A stretch of 50,858 bases of DNA from a virus. Taxonomy: Duplodnaviria; Caudoviricetes. Position 1 is the stretch's first letter, and each line of letters opens with the position of its first letter. Of the stretch, positions 8,668-17,597 are shown one piece after another. The notes under the pieces are model-generated. The model did not search any database, was not told the DNA's origin, and worked only from the letters and a program-made list of their open reading frames with translations. The stretch covers positions 1-50,858 of the IMG/VR virus record IMGVR_UViG_3300045960_000023, one strand, 5' to 3'. The position numbers and the translations under genes are program-made.

Positions 8668-9072
8668 ATGGCTAGGACAGTACCCTTTGAGGCTAGGTTG
8701 GATATCTGCAGTCTAGCAACCATCGACCGCTATTACCGAGATAGCGGTGTCAACCCTCGCTCACGCAGCGAGCTCATCTACATGGCAGTTCAAGATCTGT
8801 GTCATCTGCTCACTAAGGCGAATAAGGTAGAGCTGGTGACCAGTATCAATGACGCTGCCACTTATCTAGAAGAGGTATACGGAGGCATGGGTAAGCCTGG
8901 GCGCAACACTCGCACGCTGCTCAGCGAACGAAGGGCTGAGACACTCATCGAAGATGGCCTCGACCCTTCATATCTGCGTATAGCAACCAAAGCGCCTGTG
9001 AGTGATGAAGAGATGCGTGCCGCTGTTGCTGAGGCGGCCAAGCAACTTGGCATTAAACCTGTCAATGGTTAG
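8668..9072 (+). CDS. Putative ribbon-helix-helix DNA-binding protein
   Basis: AGGAGGT RBS; N-terminal strand TVPFEARL, then a helix and SRSELIYMAV. Confidence 0.5.
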   Translation: MARTVPFEARLDICSLATIDRYYRDSGVNPRSRSELIYMAVQDLCHLLTKANKVELVTSINDAATYLEEVYGGMGKPGRNTRTLLSERRAETLIEDGLDPSYLRIATKAPVSDEEMRAAVAEAAKQLGIKPVNG

Positions 9073-9098
9073 TTGTGCACGCACGCTACGCTTTCTTA

Positions 9099-9127
9099 TT
9101 GACAAGATGCCCAACTAATGGTATAAT
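9099..9127 (+). promoter_or_regulatory. Consensus sigma70 promoter
   Basis: TTGACA-17 nt-TATAAT with TG extension. Confidence 0.85.
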
Positions 9128-9155
9128 GGCTTATAACAATGAGGGAGGGTTTATT

Positions 9156-9458
9156 ATGAAAGTTTATGTTGTCCACTTCACAGGTTTCACGAGCGTCTAT
9201 CAGGACCTATACCCTGAAGGACAAGGCGCAATCCGTGCGGTCTGCTCCACACTGTCTATTGCAAGGCAGGTGATGGAGCGCAAGGTGCGTAACCTCTGCC
9301 ATCATGCTCATCTCAGCGTCACCGATCTGGTGCGCCCTAACAAGAACAAGGTCGTTGTCCCCTCCACAATGCAGGGCTTCTACATCTCATCCCACACTAT
9401 TGACGCAACTGGTGCCTATACGCCTGCTGGCCGTGCGAGGAGGGGTTATGAAGTTTGA
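9156..9458 (+). CDS. Hypothetical protein
   Basis: GGAGG RBS, ATG 9156, immediately after the consensus promoter. Confidence 0.7.
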   Translation: MKVYVVHFTGFTSVYQDLYPEGQGAIRAVCSTLSIARQVMERKVRNLCHHAHLSVTDLVRPNKNKVVVPSTMQGFYISSHTIDATGAYTPAGRARRGYEV

Positions 9459-9606
9459 TCGTGAAGATATGAGGAATCACCTGATGCAACTGGACAGACA
9501 GGATGGTAAGGTATCATGTAGAAGGTGCGGTGTCATCTTGGCCATCTTGTTTAGTGGCTTCTGTTGGTTCATCGCTGTGAGTGCGATAGTGGGGTTCCTA
9601 TCATGA
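9448..9606 (+). CDS. Small membrane protein
   Basis: GGAGGGG RBS; MKFDRED...CRRC plus C-terminal TM. Confidence 0.6.
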   Translation: MKFDREDMRNHLMQLDRQDGKVSCRRCGVILAILFSGFCWFIAVSAIVGFLS

Positions 9607-9863
9607 TGCCAGTTGATGTATACTTCAAACATACTGAGAAGGGTCGCCTCCACAAGGGAGGTGGCGAGGAAAGGTTACACATTCCAACTCACGCACACAA
9701 GATGAGCCGAGCTCTCAAACATGACCCTTCATACGACTGGGCCACACCTCGAGACACTGATATAGACTATGTGCCTAGGAAGATGGATGGTGTGAGGAGC
9801 AAAAGGGGGAGGAAAAGTGCTACAATCTATCATATTCAGGATAGCCTTTATTACGGGCCTTAA
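9603..9863 (+). CDS. Hypothetical protein
   Basis: ATGA overlap with the previous gene. Confidence 0.55.
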   Translation: MMPVDVYFKHTEKGRLHKGGGEERLHIPTHAHKMSRALKHDPSYDWATPRDTDIDYVPRKMDGVRSKRGRKSATIYHIQDSLYYGP

Positions 9864-9921
9864 CAGCCTCTGGCTGCTATGGTATCTATCACGTGTTCAA
9901 CTAATATAAGGAGGCAGAAAG

Positions 9922-10137
9922 ATGGCAAGAGTAACAGCAGATGAGTTGATGGAGCGCATGGATGCAGATGCAGCCCTTGCGAAGCGAGAACTGGATGAAC
10001 TGGTCAAAAGCGACCCCACTTCTGTCAAGTTAATGGCAGCCTGGTGGAACAAGTGGTTTCCCAAAGCTGGGCACAAACGCCTGGGGCGCATCTTGGCAAA
10101 GACAGTTGTGCCCACCCCTTACAACGACAAGCAGTAG
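9922..10137 (+). CDS. Hypothetical protein
   Basis: AGGAGG RBS; WWNKWFPKAGHKRLGRIL. Confidence 0.75.
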   Translation: MARVTADELMERMDADAALAKRELDELVKSDPTSVKLMAAWWNKWFPKAGHKRLGRILAKTVVPTPYNDKQ

Positions 10138-10155
10138 AACAAGGAGGACAGCCCA

Positions 10156-10734
10156 ATGAAAGAACAGCCCATACTCTTAATCACCCACACACCTGAACAA
10201 CCAGACCCAATGAGCGCCTTTGACCCTGATCTTGACAACGACTTCTGCCAAGGTATCGAGGAGTACGAGGAGCCAACTGTCAACGATCTCAAGAACGCAA
10301 AGGGCCAGGACAAGATCGACCTCCTCCATGCACTGATGCAGAAGATGAGCAAGTCCGACCTCGCCATCGTTGCCGCTGCCTTCACATCATCTGGGCCGAA
10401 GACACGCAAGGGCACGCCCCATGCTGGCCCAGTCCAGCAGTTCAAAGTAATTACAGTTCATGGCTTCTGCCGCAACTGTGACCACACCATCGTCTACACC
10501 ACCGAACTCAAGGAAGGTCAACACAAGTCATATGTGCGGAAGAATGGCACTGTTGGCTACGTCGAGTGTAAGAAGAACTTCGACCCCATGACTATACAAG
10601 CATGGAGCAACAGTTGTGAACTGTGCCACACTCGTATCATGAAGTGGACGAGGGAGAAGTTGGAAGAGAGGTATATGCAACTCCTGTGTCGTCTCACCTT
10701 CGATGAAACCCCTTCTACCACCAATGATTGGTGA
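10156..10734 (+). CDS. Hypothetical Zn-binding protein
   Basis: AGGAGG RBS; CRNC...CELC. Confidence 0.7.
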   Translation: MKEQPILLITHTPEQPDPMSAFDPDLDNDFCQGIEEYEEPTVNDLKNAKGQDKIDLLHALMQKMSKSDLAIVAAAFTSSGPKTRKGTPHAGPVQQFKVITVHGFCRNCDHTIVYTTELKEGQHKSYVRKNGTVGYVECKKNFDPMTIQAWSNSCELCHTRIMKWTREKLEERYMQLLCRLTFDETPSTTNDW

Positions 10735-10739
10735 TAGCG

Positions 10740-10925
10740 ATGCGTCCAAAGGTAGGTAAAACCTACATACTCTACTACGGCCCAGGTAATATCAACAATA
10801 GGCAGATACATATCTGTGCTGTTGTAGATGATGACTTCTATGTATGCAGGTCCAGGGCTATGCACTATACAGTAGAGCATGTGTCTTGGTTCGACGCTAA
10901 CGAGAAGTACTTGGAGGAGAAGTGA
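10740..10925 (+). CDS. Hypothetical protein
   Basis: Tightly packed between neighbours; weak RBS. Confidence 0.55.
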   Translation: MRPKVGKTYILYYGPGNINNRQIHICAVVDDDFYVCRSRAMHYTVEHVSWFDANEKYLEEK

Positions 10926-11125
10926 TGAAGAAAGCACTAACCATCATTGCTATGGCGTTGATAGTTGGGTGCTCCACTGTCCCACAGCCTAGGGATTTCA
11001 GCCTGGGCTGTGTGACAGATATGGAGTGTGAGATGGAAGACGAAGATGACATGGACGCTGAGACCTATCAGCAAGAGCTCGATGACCTGCGTTACTGGGT
11101 CGAGACGGGAAAGGTGAGAACATGA
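10925..11125 (+). CDS. Small acidic lipoprotein
   Basis: MKKALTIIAMALIVGC lipobox; GGAGGAG RBS. Confidence 0.7.
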   Translation: MKKALTIIAMALIVGCSTVPQPRDFSLGCVTDMECEMEDEDDMDAETYQQELDDLRYWVETGKVRT

Positions 11126-11400
11126 TGACTATTGGCGATATTCTTGATGTAGTGAAGGGGAAGAGTGCCAAGCGGATAACTGGTCATCCACCTGACAAAT
11201 GTGACCTATGTGATGAGCCTCTTGGCAACCACTATCCAGATGAAGTGCCCACTTGCTACGATGGAAGGACAGCCAGAGGCCCGTGGGCTTGGATGTGCCG
11301 AGCTTGCTTCATCTACATGGGCACTGGACTGGGAACTGGCAGAGGGCAGAAGTACGAGTACTCAATTGAAGATAAGCAGTGGTACAAAGTGGAGGGATAA
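11122..11400 (+). CDS. Zn-finger hypothetical protein
   Basis: CDLC...GPWAWMCRAC...GLGTGRGQKY. Confidence 0.75.
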   Translation: MMTIGDILDVVKGKSAKRITGHPPDKCDLCDEPLGNHYPDEVPTCYDGRTARGPWAWMCRACFIYMGTGLGTGRGQKYEYSIEDKQWYKVEG

Positions 11401-11401
11401 T

Positions 11402-11653
11402 ATGACACTTAGCACGTTGAGGGAAACTGCAGCGGAGAAGGCAGCGTATCTGGATGACCTCAACGCTTATATCAAACTCATTGAAGATGCGAGAAGGGCC
11501 GTGGAAGAGGCAGACCTCTTCGCTTGGCGCACTTTCGAGAAGTATGAGGACTACGTGTCTAACGAAACCAGCCCCTACAGCCTGAGCTTCATCATCAGTG
11601 AACTAGGCGCAATAGGGGCAATGCTGAACAAGAAGAAAGGAGGTGGTGAATGA
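11402..11653 (+). CDS. Hypothetical protein
   Basis: GGAGGG RBS, ATG 11402. Confidence 0.7.
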   Translation: MTLSTLRETAAEKAAYLDDLNAYIKLIEDARRAVEEADLFAWRTFEKYEDYVSNETSPYSLSFIISELGAIGAMLNKKKGGGE

Positions 11654-11814
11654 GCTACGTCTTTGTAGTAGAGATTCCTGACGATGAGATGCGACATCTT
11701 TCGGAGGAGATAGACATCACTAAGGGCCCAGTTGATGTACTCCGTGAGAAGCTGGAGCCTCGTGACTACTATAACTCCGATACCACTATCATCATGATAA
11801 AGGAAGGGGGGTGA
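11650..11814 (+). CDS. Hypothetical protein (54 aa, not in ORF track)
   Basis: AGGAGGT RBS, ATGA overlap; MSYVFVVEIPDDEMRH...IKEGG*. Confidence 0.65.
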   Translation: MSYVFVVEIPDDEMRHLSEEIDITKGPVDVLREKLEPRDYYNSDTTIIMIKEGG

Positions 11815-11820
11815 TGCAAG

Positions 11821-11901
11821 GTGACCCAACGCCAAGGCCATATTCTGGATTTACTGATAGGAGTGGCTATAGCTACGGGATTGTTGATGGTCAACGCATA
11901 G
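11821..11901 (+). CDS. 26-aa hydrophobic peptide
   Basis: GGGGGTGA RBS, GTG start; MTQRQGHILDLLIGVAIATGLLMVNA*. Confidence 0.45.
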   Translation: MTQRQGHILDLLIGVAIATGLLMVNA

Positions 11902-11918
11902 ACAAAGGGAGGTGATGC

Positions 11919-11987
11919 TTGGACTACGTTATGGTAGCGATCTATTGGATGGGCATGGCTTATTTCCTAGTGGGGGCATTTCACTAA
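11919..11987 (+). CDS. 22-aa hydrophobic peptide
   Basis: GGAGGTGA RBS, TTG start; MDYVMVAIYWMGMAYFLVGAFH*. Confidence 0.45.
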   Translation: MDYVMVAIYWMGMAYFLVGAFH

Positions 11988-12019
11988 GCCTCTGTGCAAA
12001 ACAACAGTCGTAAAAGTGC

Positions 12020-12048
12020 TTGACATCTACCCCAATGTGTGGTATGGT
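12020..12048 (+). promoter_or_regulatory. sigma70-like promoter
   Basis: TTGACA-17 nt-TATGGT with TG extension; spacer resembles that at 8613. Confidence 0.7.
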
Positions 12049-12107
12049 GTCTCACAATTTGGAGCGCTTTGCGCCCATACTACAAAACAATAGGAGGATT
12101 TGAAAAG

Positions 12108-12467
12108 ATGGCAGAAATGACTGAGATCAAGGCAACGAAGGAAATCGGGGACGTTCTCAAAGAGGCAACCATTCTGTTCGATTACGGTGCTGACTGCGCT
12201 GAGGCGGTGGCGAAGTTTGGTGCCGAGGTTGTGTTCTCCAACTTCAAGCGCAGTGCCAACATCACCGCACAGGCAGCTATGCGGCGCCTTCTCGAGGCGA
12301 ACAAGACGCAGGAAGAGATCGTGACGGCTATGGCAGGGTGGAAACCTGGTGTCTCCCTCGAGCGCACTGTTGACCCCGTCAAGGCTCTGCTTGGCAAGTT
12401 CGCTACGATGAGCAAGGAAGAGCAGGAGAAGATCATTTCCGACCTCATGGACAAGCAGGCGAAGTAA
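12108..12467 (+). CDS. Hypothetical protein (119 aa)
   Basis: AGGAGG RBS, ATG 12108. Confidence 0.85.
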   Translation: MAEMTEIKATKEIGDVLKEATILFDYGADCAEAVAKFGAEVVFSNFKRSANITAQAAMRRLLEANKTQEEIVTAMAGWKPGVSLERTVDPVKALLGKFATMSKEEQEKIISDLMDKQAK

Positions 12468-12487
12468 GGCTACCTCCCTAGCCAGGT

Positions 12488-12575
12488 GGGGCGGAGCTGA
12501 TGATATAGGCCCGGGACTGCGAACACAATTGAGTGAAAGAGTCCGATGACTATGATTCAGCCCGCCCCTTCTTTT
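12488..12575 (+). terminator. Long stem-loop followed by a U-tract (terminator or processing site)
   Basis: GGGGCGG-A-GCTGA pairs with TCAGC-CCGCCCC, then TTCTTTT. Confidence 0.45.
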
Positions 12576-12615
12576 GTCACTATCTAACAAGCACAACAAT
12601 GTTTGGAGGCGTAAG

Positions 12616-12912
12616 ATGTCTGAACGTGGAGCTCAGTGGACAGATTTCAGGACTATCGTAGCAGGTCACATCGACAACTATACCATCCCGCAGTACGGAG
12701 ACTTCCCAGACGATGAAGTCGCTCAGCACTGGGATGCTGCGCAGTGCGTGGACGCTATTGGTAAGTATGTGACACGCTACAGGGTTATGAGGCGAGGTAG
12801 GCTGGAGACGTTGAGGGACATGGCTAAAGTGGCCCACTTCGCTTGCATGGCATTCTACATGATGAGTCCTTCACAGGATGAGATTGACAAGATACTGGAG
12901 GGGAAGGTATGA
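12616..12912 (+). CDS. DUF3310-like small nucleotide-metabolism protein
   Basis: AIGKYVTRY...G...DMAKVAHF resembles the KYxxR...DLxKAxHY pattern. Confidence 0.4.
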   Translation: MSERGAQWTDFRTIVAGHIDNYTIPQYGDFPDDEVAQHWDAAQCVDAIGKYVTRYRVMRRGRLETLRDMAKVAHFACMAFYMMSPSQDEIDKILEGKV

Positions 12913-13085
12913 TTGGCCACTCTGGTAAGATGAGGTTTGATATAGTCATTGACAGAGATATGGTGATGCGCGCAGGGGAGATTCTGACAGTTGAGTTCAC
13001 CCTACATGAAAGTGCGTTTGACATAATATCTGTCAAGAAGATTAAGCCTGACGAAGTCATCTACGAGAGGAAGACAGATGAGTAG
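12909..13085 (+). CDS. Hypothetical protein (58 aa, not in ORF track)
   Basis: ATGA overlap, GGAGG RBS; MIGHSGKMRFDIVIDRD...KTDE*. Confidence 0.6.
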   Translation: MIGHSGKMRFDIVIDRDMVMRAGEILTVEFTLHESAFDIISVKKIKPDEVIYERKTDE

Positions 13086-13944
13086 AAAAGGAATCATGCT
13101 CTGCTATCCGTTCGAGGAGAAGCGCCTCAAGACTTGGCCTGCGGCTATTGTACAGCCCAAACTTGATGGAGATCGTTGCCGTGCAATCTTCGATGGAAGT
13201 GGCAACGTGACGCTCTTAACAAGTGAGGAGAACGAGGTACAATCCGTTCCCCACATCAAGCGTGCCCTTGAGGCGCTTCACCTCACTCACGTTGAACTGG
13301 ATGGTGAGCTCTATACACATGGGATGCTTCATCAAGACATCAGGAGCATCGTGGGAAGAACAAAGACCCTGAGCATGGACTACGGCGAGATGCAATACCA
13401 CGTCTTCGACATCGTCAACCAGGGGTTCCAGCTAGAACGTCTCAAACTCGTGCAAAGCATGATGATGCAGGCTGGGCCTGAGATCGAGGTTGTTCCCTTT
13501 GAGCTAGCCCACAACGTAGAACAGATTATGCAACTGATGGCCGACTACAACGAGATGGGCTATGAAGGCGTTATCGTGAGGCATCCCTTTGGTCAGTATG
13601 TACGGAAGAGAAGCACACAGATCATGAAGTTCAAACCTCGCAAGGAAGATTTCTATACGATAGTTGGAAGCGTAGAAGAAATCAGCATCCACGGTGAGCC
13701 GAAGAACGCACTCGGTGCGCTGATTTGCCAAGATGATATGGGCACCTCCTTTCAAGTGGGCAGTGGGCCTGCCTTGACCAGAGAGGGTCGCATTGCGCTA
13801 TGGGCTGAGCGCAGTGCACTCCCTGGCAAGGTAGCCCACATTAAGTACCAACACTTGAGCAAGGACCATGTGCCTCGTTTCCCAGTACTTGTTGAAGTCA
13901 TTAGTCCCAAAGATGTGGGGCTGGCTAATACCAATGATTGGTGA
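13078..13944 (+). CDS. ATP-dependent DNA ligase
   Basis: Motif I QPKLDGDR, motif III LDGEL, YHVFD, EGVIV, MKFKP, C-terminal PRFP. Confidence 0.93.
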   Translation: MSRKGIMLCYPFEEKRLKTWPAAIVQPKLDGDRCRAIFDGSGNVTLLTSEENEVQSVPHIKRALEALHLTHVELDGELYTHGMLHQDIRSIVGRTKTLSMDYGEMQYHVFDIVNQGFQLERLKLVQSMMMQAGPEIEVVPFELAHNVEQIMQLMADYNEMGYEGVIVRHPFGQYVRKRSTQIMKFKPRKEDFYTIVGSVEEISIHGEPKNALGALICQDDMGTSFQVGSGPALTREGRIALWAERSALPGKVAHIKYQHLSKDHVPRFPVLVEVISPKDVGLANTNDW

Positions 13945-13956
13945 AAGGAGTCAGAC

Positions 13957-14334
13957 GTGGAACCTAGGAATAGAAAAGAAAGGAGGCGACAGGAGCGCAT
14001 GGACAACAGAATGAATAGGCAAGGACCTACCATCAGAACAGATCCCATGAGTCTGCAGATACACACCTGCGATTGTGGGAGCGATGAGTTCCTCGAGATT
14101 AGGCAGTTGCGAAGATGCCCTGCCCTGTTGAGCCCGACTGGTCAGCCCACTCTCATCATGCTCCCACACAGACTGGCGTGTGCAAGATGTGGCACCCAGC
14201 CTATGTGGAAGCTGGAGGATCAGCCGAAGATCATCACTATGAACCAGGAGAAAAGAGATGTGTCAGACCTGTCCGTGGAAGGCGACGTGCCCCCTCCACT
14301 GCCTGAGCAGAAGCCAGAGGGGGGTGAAGCGTGA
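13957..14334 (+). CDS. Zn-ribbon protein
   Basis: CDCGS...CARCG; AAGGAG RBS. Confidence 0.7.
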   Translation: MEPRNRKERRRQERMDNRMNRQGPTIRTDPMSLQIHTCDCGSDEFLEIRQLRRCPALLSPTGQPTLIMLPHRLACARCGTQPMWKLEDQPKIITMNQEKRDVSDLSVEGDVPPPLPEQKPEGGEA

Positions 14335-14744
14335 ACAACAAACCACTTGTTTATATCGCAGGGCCCTATACACAGGGTCACCAAAAGATGAACGTCTACA
14401 ACGCTATGGCCGTGGGGGAGAAGGTGATACAGAAGGGTGGTCTCCCTTTGATCCCCCACTTGTCCCATTTCTGGCATGAGAAGTTTCCCAAGCCCATAGC
14501 GTGGTGGTATGCCTACGATAACGAGCTGTTGAAGAAGTGCGACTACCTCGTGCGTCTGTTTGGCCCTAGCAAGGGTGCAGATGCCGAGGTAGCGTTGGCG
14601 CTGGAACTGGGAATCAAAGTGTTCACGAGCAGTGAGGTGTGGCATGAAGATTTCATCTTCCCGTCCAAAGACGCTTTTCAAAGTAACAATGAACTGGCAA
14701 GGCGAGGTACACACAATATACAGATGGGCCTCGAGTTTGGATAA
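14331..14744 (+). CDS. Nucleoside deoxyribosyltransferase-like (DUF4406/DUF1937-type) protein
   Basis: VYIAGPY...LKKCD...SKGADAE motifs. Confidence 0.7.
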   Translation: MNNKPLVYIAGPYTQGHQKMNVYNAMAVGEKVIQKGGLPLIPHLSHFWHEKFPKPIAWWYAYDNELLKKCDYLVRLFGPSKGADAEVALALELGIKVFTSSEVWHEDFIFPSKDAFQSNNELARRGTHNIQMGLEFG

Positions 14745-14988
14745 TGCTGTGCAGCTAGCGTTCATAGCGCTGGCCAAGAAACTGGGCATGAATAAGACCC
14801 ATAGAATCGCTAACTACTTCCTAAGTGGGAAGGACAATATCACTGTTAGGGAGGTGAAGCAAGATGGGAATGAACCAGTACCTGTCGCTGAAGAAGCAAA
14901 TCGCGGAACTCGAGTACGGGAACAGAAAGCTTCTCGAAAGGAACAAGGACCTAGAAGAGAGAATGGCCAAGACTCTCAAGGACATTGA
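14644..14988 (+). CDS. Hypothetical protein
   Basis: GAGGTG RBS before ATG 14644; overlaps both neighbours. Confidence 0.55.
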   Translation: MKISSSRPKTLFKVTMNWQGEVHTIYRWASSLDNAVQLAFIALAKKLGMNKTHRIANYFLSGKDNITVREVKQDGNEPVPVAEEANRGTRVREQKASRKEQGPRRENGQDSQGH

Positions 14989-15043
14989 GGCTATGCAGAA
15001 GACCATCCAAGTGCTCTTCAAGACCGTGGACAAGTTGGTGTAA
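14864..15043 (+). CDS. Coiled-coil protein (59 aa, not in ORF track)
   Basis: GGAGGTG RBS; MGMNQYLSLKKQIAELEYGNRKLLERNKDLEERM... Confidence 0.65.
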   Translation: MGMNQYLSLKKQIAELEYGNRKLLERNKDLEERMAKTLKDIEAMQKTIQVLFKTVDKLV

Positions 15044-15045
15044 CC

Positions 15046-15990
15046 ATGAGCTATCCGATACCTCAACATAAGACGTGGGATATAGTGGACAGCACTAAGC
15101 TCCAGACCTACCAAGACTGCCCTCGTCGCTATTTCTACGAGTACATCCTTGGTTGGCAGGGTGAGGCAGAGAACGTGCACCTGATCTTCGGGAGTGCGTG
15201 GCACCTTGCGATGGAACATCTGCTGCTCCACGGCTATAGCAAGGAAAGCGTGGCAGAGGCGTGGAACTTGCTCAACACTCATTACCGAAAGTACTTCGCC
15301 CCTGAAGACGACATCCTCAGGGCACCCAAGACACCAGACAATGCTCTCAACGCCCTCATCGGCTATTGCAACGAGTACCGCAACGATGAGTTTGAAGTGC
15401 TCTACACGGAAATAGCGGGCACCGTACCTATCACAGAAAAGCGTGTCATGCACTTCAGGATGGATTCTATTCTCAGACACAAGGATGGTATTGGCAGCTT
15501 GGAGCACAAGACGGGCAGCACCTTGACGCGCCAGTGGATGGATCAGTGGCTCCTGAATATGCAGACGGGCACCTACAACCACGTCCTGTTCTGCCTGTTC
15601 CCTGAAGAGCAGGTGAAGGATGCGGGTGTAGTCATCAATGGTGCTATCTTCAACAAGACCAAGACTCAATACAAGCGTGTCCCTGCGAGGCGGACAAAGA
15701 AGATGATGAACGTCTGGTACTGGAACGTCTGGCAGTGGATCGCTAACCTCGAGGAAGATATGGAGCACCTGAGCGTGTGCAAAGATAGCGAACCAGTGCT
15801 GTTCGCCTTCAAGCAGAACACCCAGTCGTGTACAAAGTACTTCGGTTGCCCTTGGACTGCCTATTGTATGAGTTGGGCCAACCCTCTGCAATATGCAGAA
15901 GAGCCCCCTCACGGTTGCACGCAGAGGTGGTGGGATCCTAGCAACATCGAAGACCAGCCTGCAAAGGTAACATTCAACCTGAAGGAGTAG
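15046..15990 (+). CDS. PD-(D/E)XK exonuclease (RecB/Cas4-like)
   Basis: CPRRYFY, FGSAWH, E...RMD...EHKT, Q..TY, C-terminal Cys cluster. Confidence 0.85.
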   Translation: MSYPIPQHKTWDIVDSTKLQTYQDCPRRYFYEYILGWQGEAENVHLIFGSAWHLAMEHLLLHGYSKESVAEAWNLLNTHYRKYFAPEDDILRAPKTPDNALNALIGYCNEYRNDEFEVLYTEIAGTVPITEKRVMHFRMDSILRHKDGIGSLEHKTGSTLTRQWMDQWLLNMQTGTYNHVLFCLFPEEQVKDAGVVINGAIFNKTKTQYKRVPARRTKKMMNVWYWNVWQWIANLEEDMEHLSVCKDSEPVLFAFKQNTQSCTKYFGCPWTAYCMSWANPLQYAEEPPHGCTQRWWDPSNIEDQPAKVTFNLKE

Positions 15991-15991
15991 C

Positions 15992-16192
15992 GTGGGAAAG
16001 CACACTGAACAAACAATAGCCACATACAGGGAGCAGAGCAAATCACTATTTGGAAAGAAGGCGAAGGCCAAATGTCCTATGTGTGAGAAGATGCACACCA
16101 TTCAGGTGGGAAGGACGCCGAACAAGTTGCTCCGCATCTTCTGCCCTGATTGCAGACAACTAGCGGAAAGGGGGTATGAGAAACAACAATGA
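15992..16192 (+). CDS. Zn-finger protein
   Basis: CPMC...CPDC. Confidence 0.65.
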   Translation: MGKHTEQTIATYREQSKSLFGKKAKAKCPMCEKMHTIQVGRTPNKLLRIFCPDCRQLAERGYEKQQ

Positions 16193-16482
16193 GCTCTCGA
16201 AAGCCTAGGAATAGGAAAGAAAGAATGGAAGCAAGGGAGGCTCAGCTCAACGAGTATATGGGTGAGCTTCAACAGATGCTGCTTAACCCTGTCTCCTATG
16301 GTGAGCAGATAGACGCATGGCTCAACAAGGGCGACGGCTACCACCGTGGCCTTAAGCGCCTCGCTGAGCGTGCCATCTACAAACTGATGAAAGCTAGAGA
16401 GGAGGTGAGAGAACGTGGGTCCTGTCAAGAAACCGAAACCCTGTTAACTGAGGAGGTGATCGCAAGTGGCACTAGATATTAA
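16189..16482 (+). CDS. Hypothetical protein
   Basis: ATGA overlap; packed in the operon. Confidence 0.6.
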   Translation: MSSRKPRNRKERMEAREAQLNEYMGELQQMLLNPVSYGEQIDAWLNKGDGYHRGLKRLAERAIYKLMKAREEVRERGSCQETETLLTEEVIASGTRY

Positions 16483-17257
16483 AAAAGAGGTGGCTGAGCT
16501 CCAGGCTATGTACAAGGAGAGCAACACAGCCAAGACATTCAACGCTATCATCTACGGAAGCTTCGGAACGGGTAAGACGAACCTGCTGCGTACCTGCAGG
16601 CTGCCGGTCTTCATCGACAGTTTCGACCCTGGTGGGACGAAGACTATCCGAGATGCTATCGACAGGGGCGAGATCGTGGCTGATAACAGATGGGAACTGG
16701 AGGACCCCAAGAGTCCGTCTACCTTTGTGGCGTGGGACAAGGCTTATCACGAGAGGAAGAGAAGTGGCTTCTTCCAGAACTTCGGAACCTATTGCCTCGA
16801 CAGCGCAACGACCTGGAGTGACGCAGCTATGAACGTGACGCTGAAGAAAGAGGGGCGAGCTGGTGGCCATCCTTGGCAGAACGACTACAGCCCAACAATG
16901 GCTATGATCGCAGCTGCCATCAGGGATATGGTCACGCTCCCTTGCGACGTCATCCTTATCTGCCATGAAGATGTGGACAAGGATGAGGCCTCAGGGAGAA
17001 TGTTCGTCGGCCCTCTGTTCACGGGCAAGACAGCGAGAATGAAGATCCCCCTGCTCTTCGACGAGATCTACTGTGCGCAGACCAAGGAAACCAGTGGGGG
17101 CGTCAACTATCAGTTGCTAACCCGCAACACTGGCCTGTATAGGGCGCGCACACGTCTCGGCGCAGGTGGAAAGTTTGCTATGTACGAAGACCAGGACATC
17201 AAGAAGCTGCTCGCCAAGGCGGGCTATCCTACAAACGACAAACCACTGTTTAAGTAG
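16466..17257 (+). CDS. Sak4-like (AAA_24) ATPase/recombinase
   Basis: YGSFGTGKT Walker A, CLDSAT, ILICHE, ARTR; lies between the nuclease and the SSB. Confidence 0.8.
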   Translation: MALDIKKEVAELQAMYKESNTAKTFNAIIYGSFGTGKTNLLRTCRLPVFIDSFDPGGTKTIRDAIDRGEIVADNRWELEDPKSPSTFVAWDKAYHERKRSGFFQNFGTYCLDSATTWSDAAMNVTLKKEGRAGGHPWQNDYSPTMAMIAAAIRDMVTLPCDVILICHEDVDKDEASGRMFVGPLFTGKTARMKIPLLFDEIYCAQTKETSGGVNYQLLTRNTGLYRARTRLGAGGKFAMYEDQDIKKLLAKAGYPTNDKPLFK

Positions 17258-17265
17258 GAGGCAAC

Positions 17266-17562
17266 ATGGCTAAGAAGGTTAGTATCGGAGGCTTTGGGCC
17301 TAAGGATAACCCAGTGCCGACTGTGGAAGAGACGTACCCTGGGATGGTTCTCAAGGATTGGGTACCTACCAAGCCCATCCCCAGTGATAACTGGAATAAA
17401 GAAACCAACAATATGCAGCGTTGCGAACTGTGTATGCACTACGCAGGTATGCGCTGCCGCAGACACGCCCCCAAGGGGCAGGAAGGGTGGCCAGCTGTGT
17501 TCCCCACAGACTGGTGCGGAGATCACAAGATGAGCAAGGCTGAAATGACCAGGCGGTCATAG
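17266..17562 (+). CDS. Cys-rich metal-binding hypothetical protein
   Basis: CELC...CRRHAP...WP.V...DWCGDH. Confidence 0.7.
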   Translation: MAKKVSIGGFGPKDNPVPTVEETYPGMVLKDWVPTKPIPSDNWNKETNNMQRCELCMHYAGMRCRRHAPKGQEGWPAVFPTDWCGDHKMSKAEMTRRS

Positions 17563-17597
17563 GCATAACTACCACAACACAATAGGAGGTTTTAGTA

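Noticed and set aside
12497-12545. Hammerhead-like CTGATGA...GAAA
   Set aside because: Stem II cannot close (T opposite T), and CTGA is better paired in the outer stem
15046-15990. Cas4-like gene as part of a CRISPR system
   Set aside because: No array or other cas genes; the context is the usual nuclease-Sak4-SSB recombination module
14821-16101. 426-aa minus-strand ORF and other long antisense ORFs (e.g. 45540..46961, 32092..33225, 25338..26429)
   Set aside because: They are shadows of well-supported genes on the opposite strand, with no motifs or RBS
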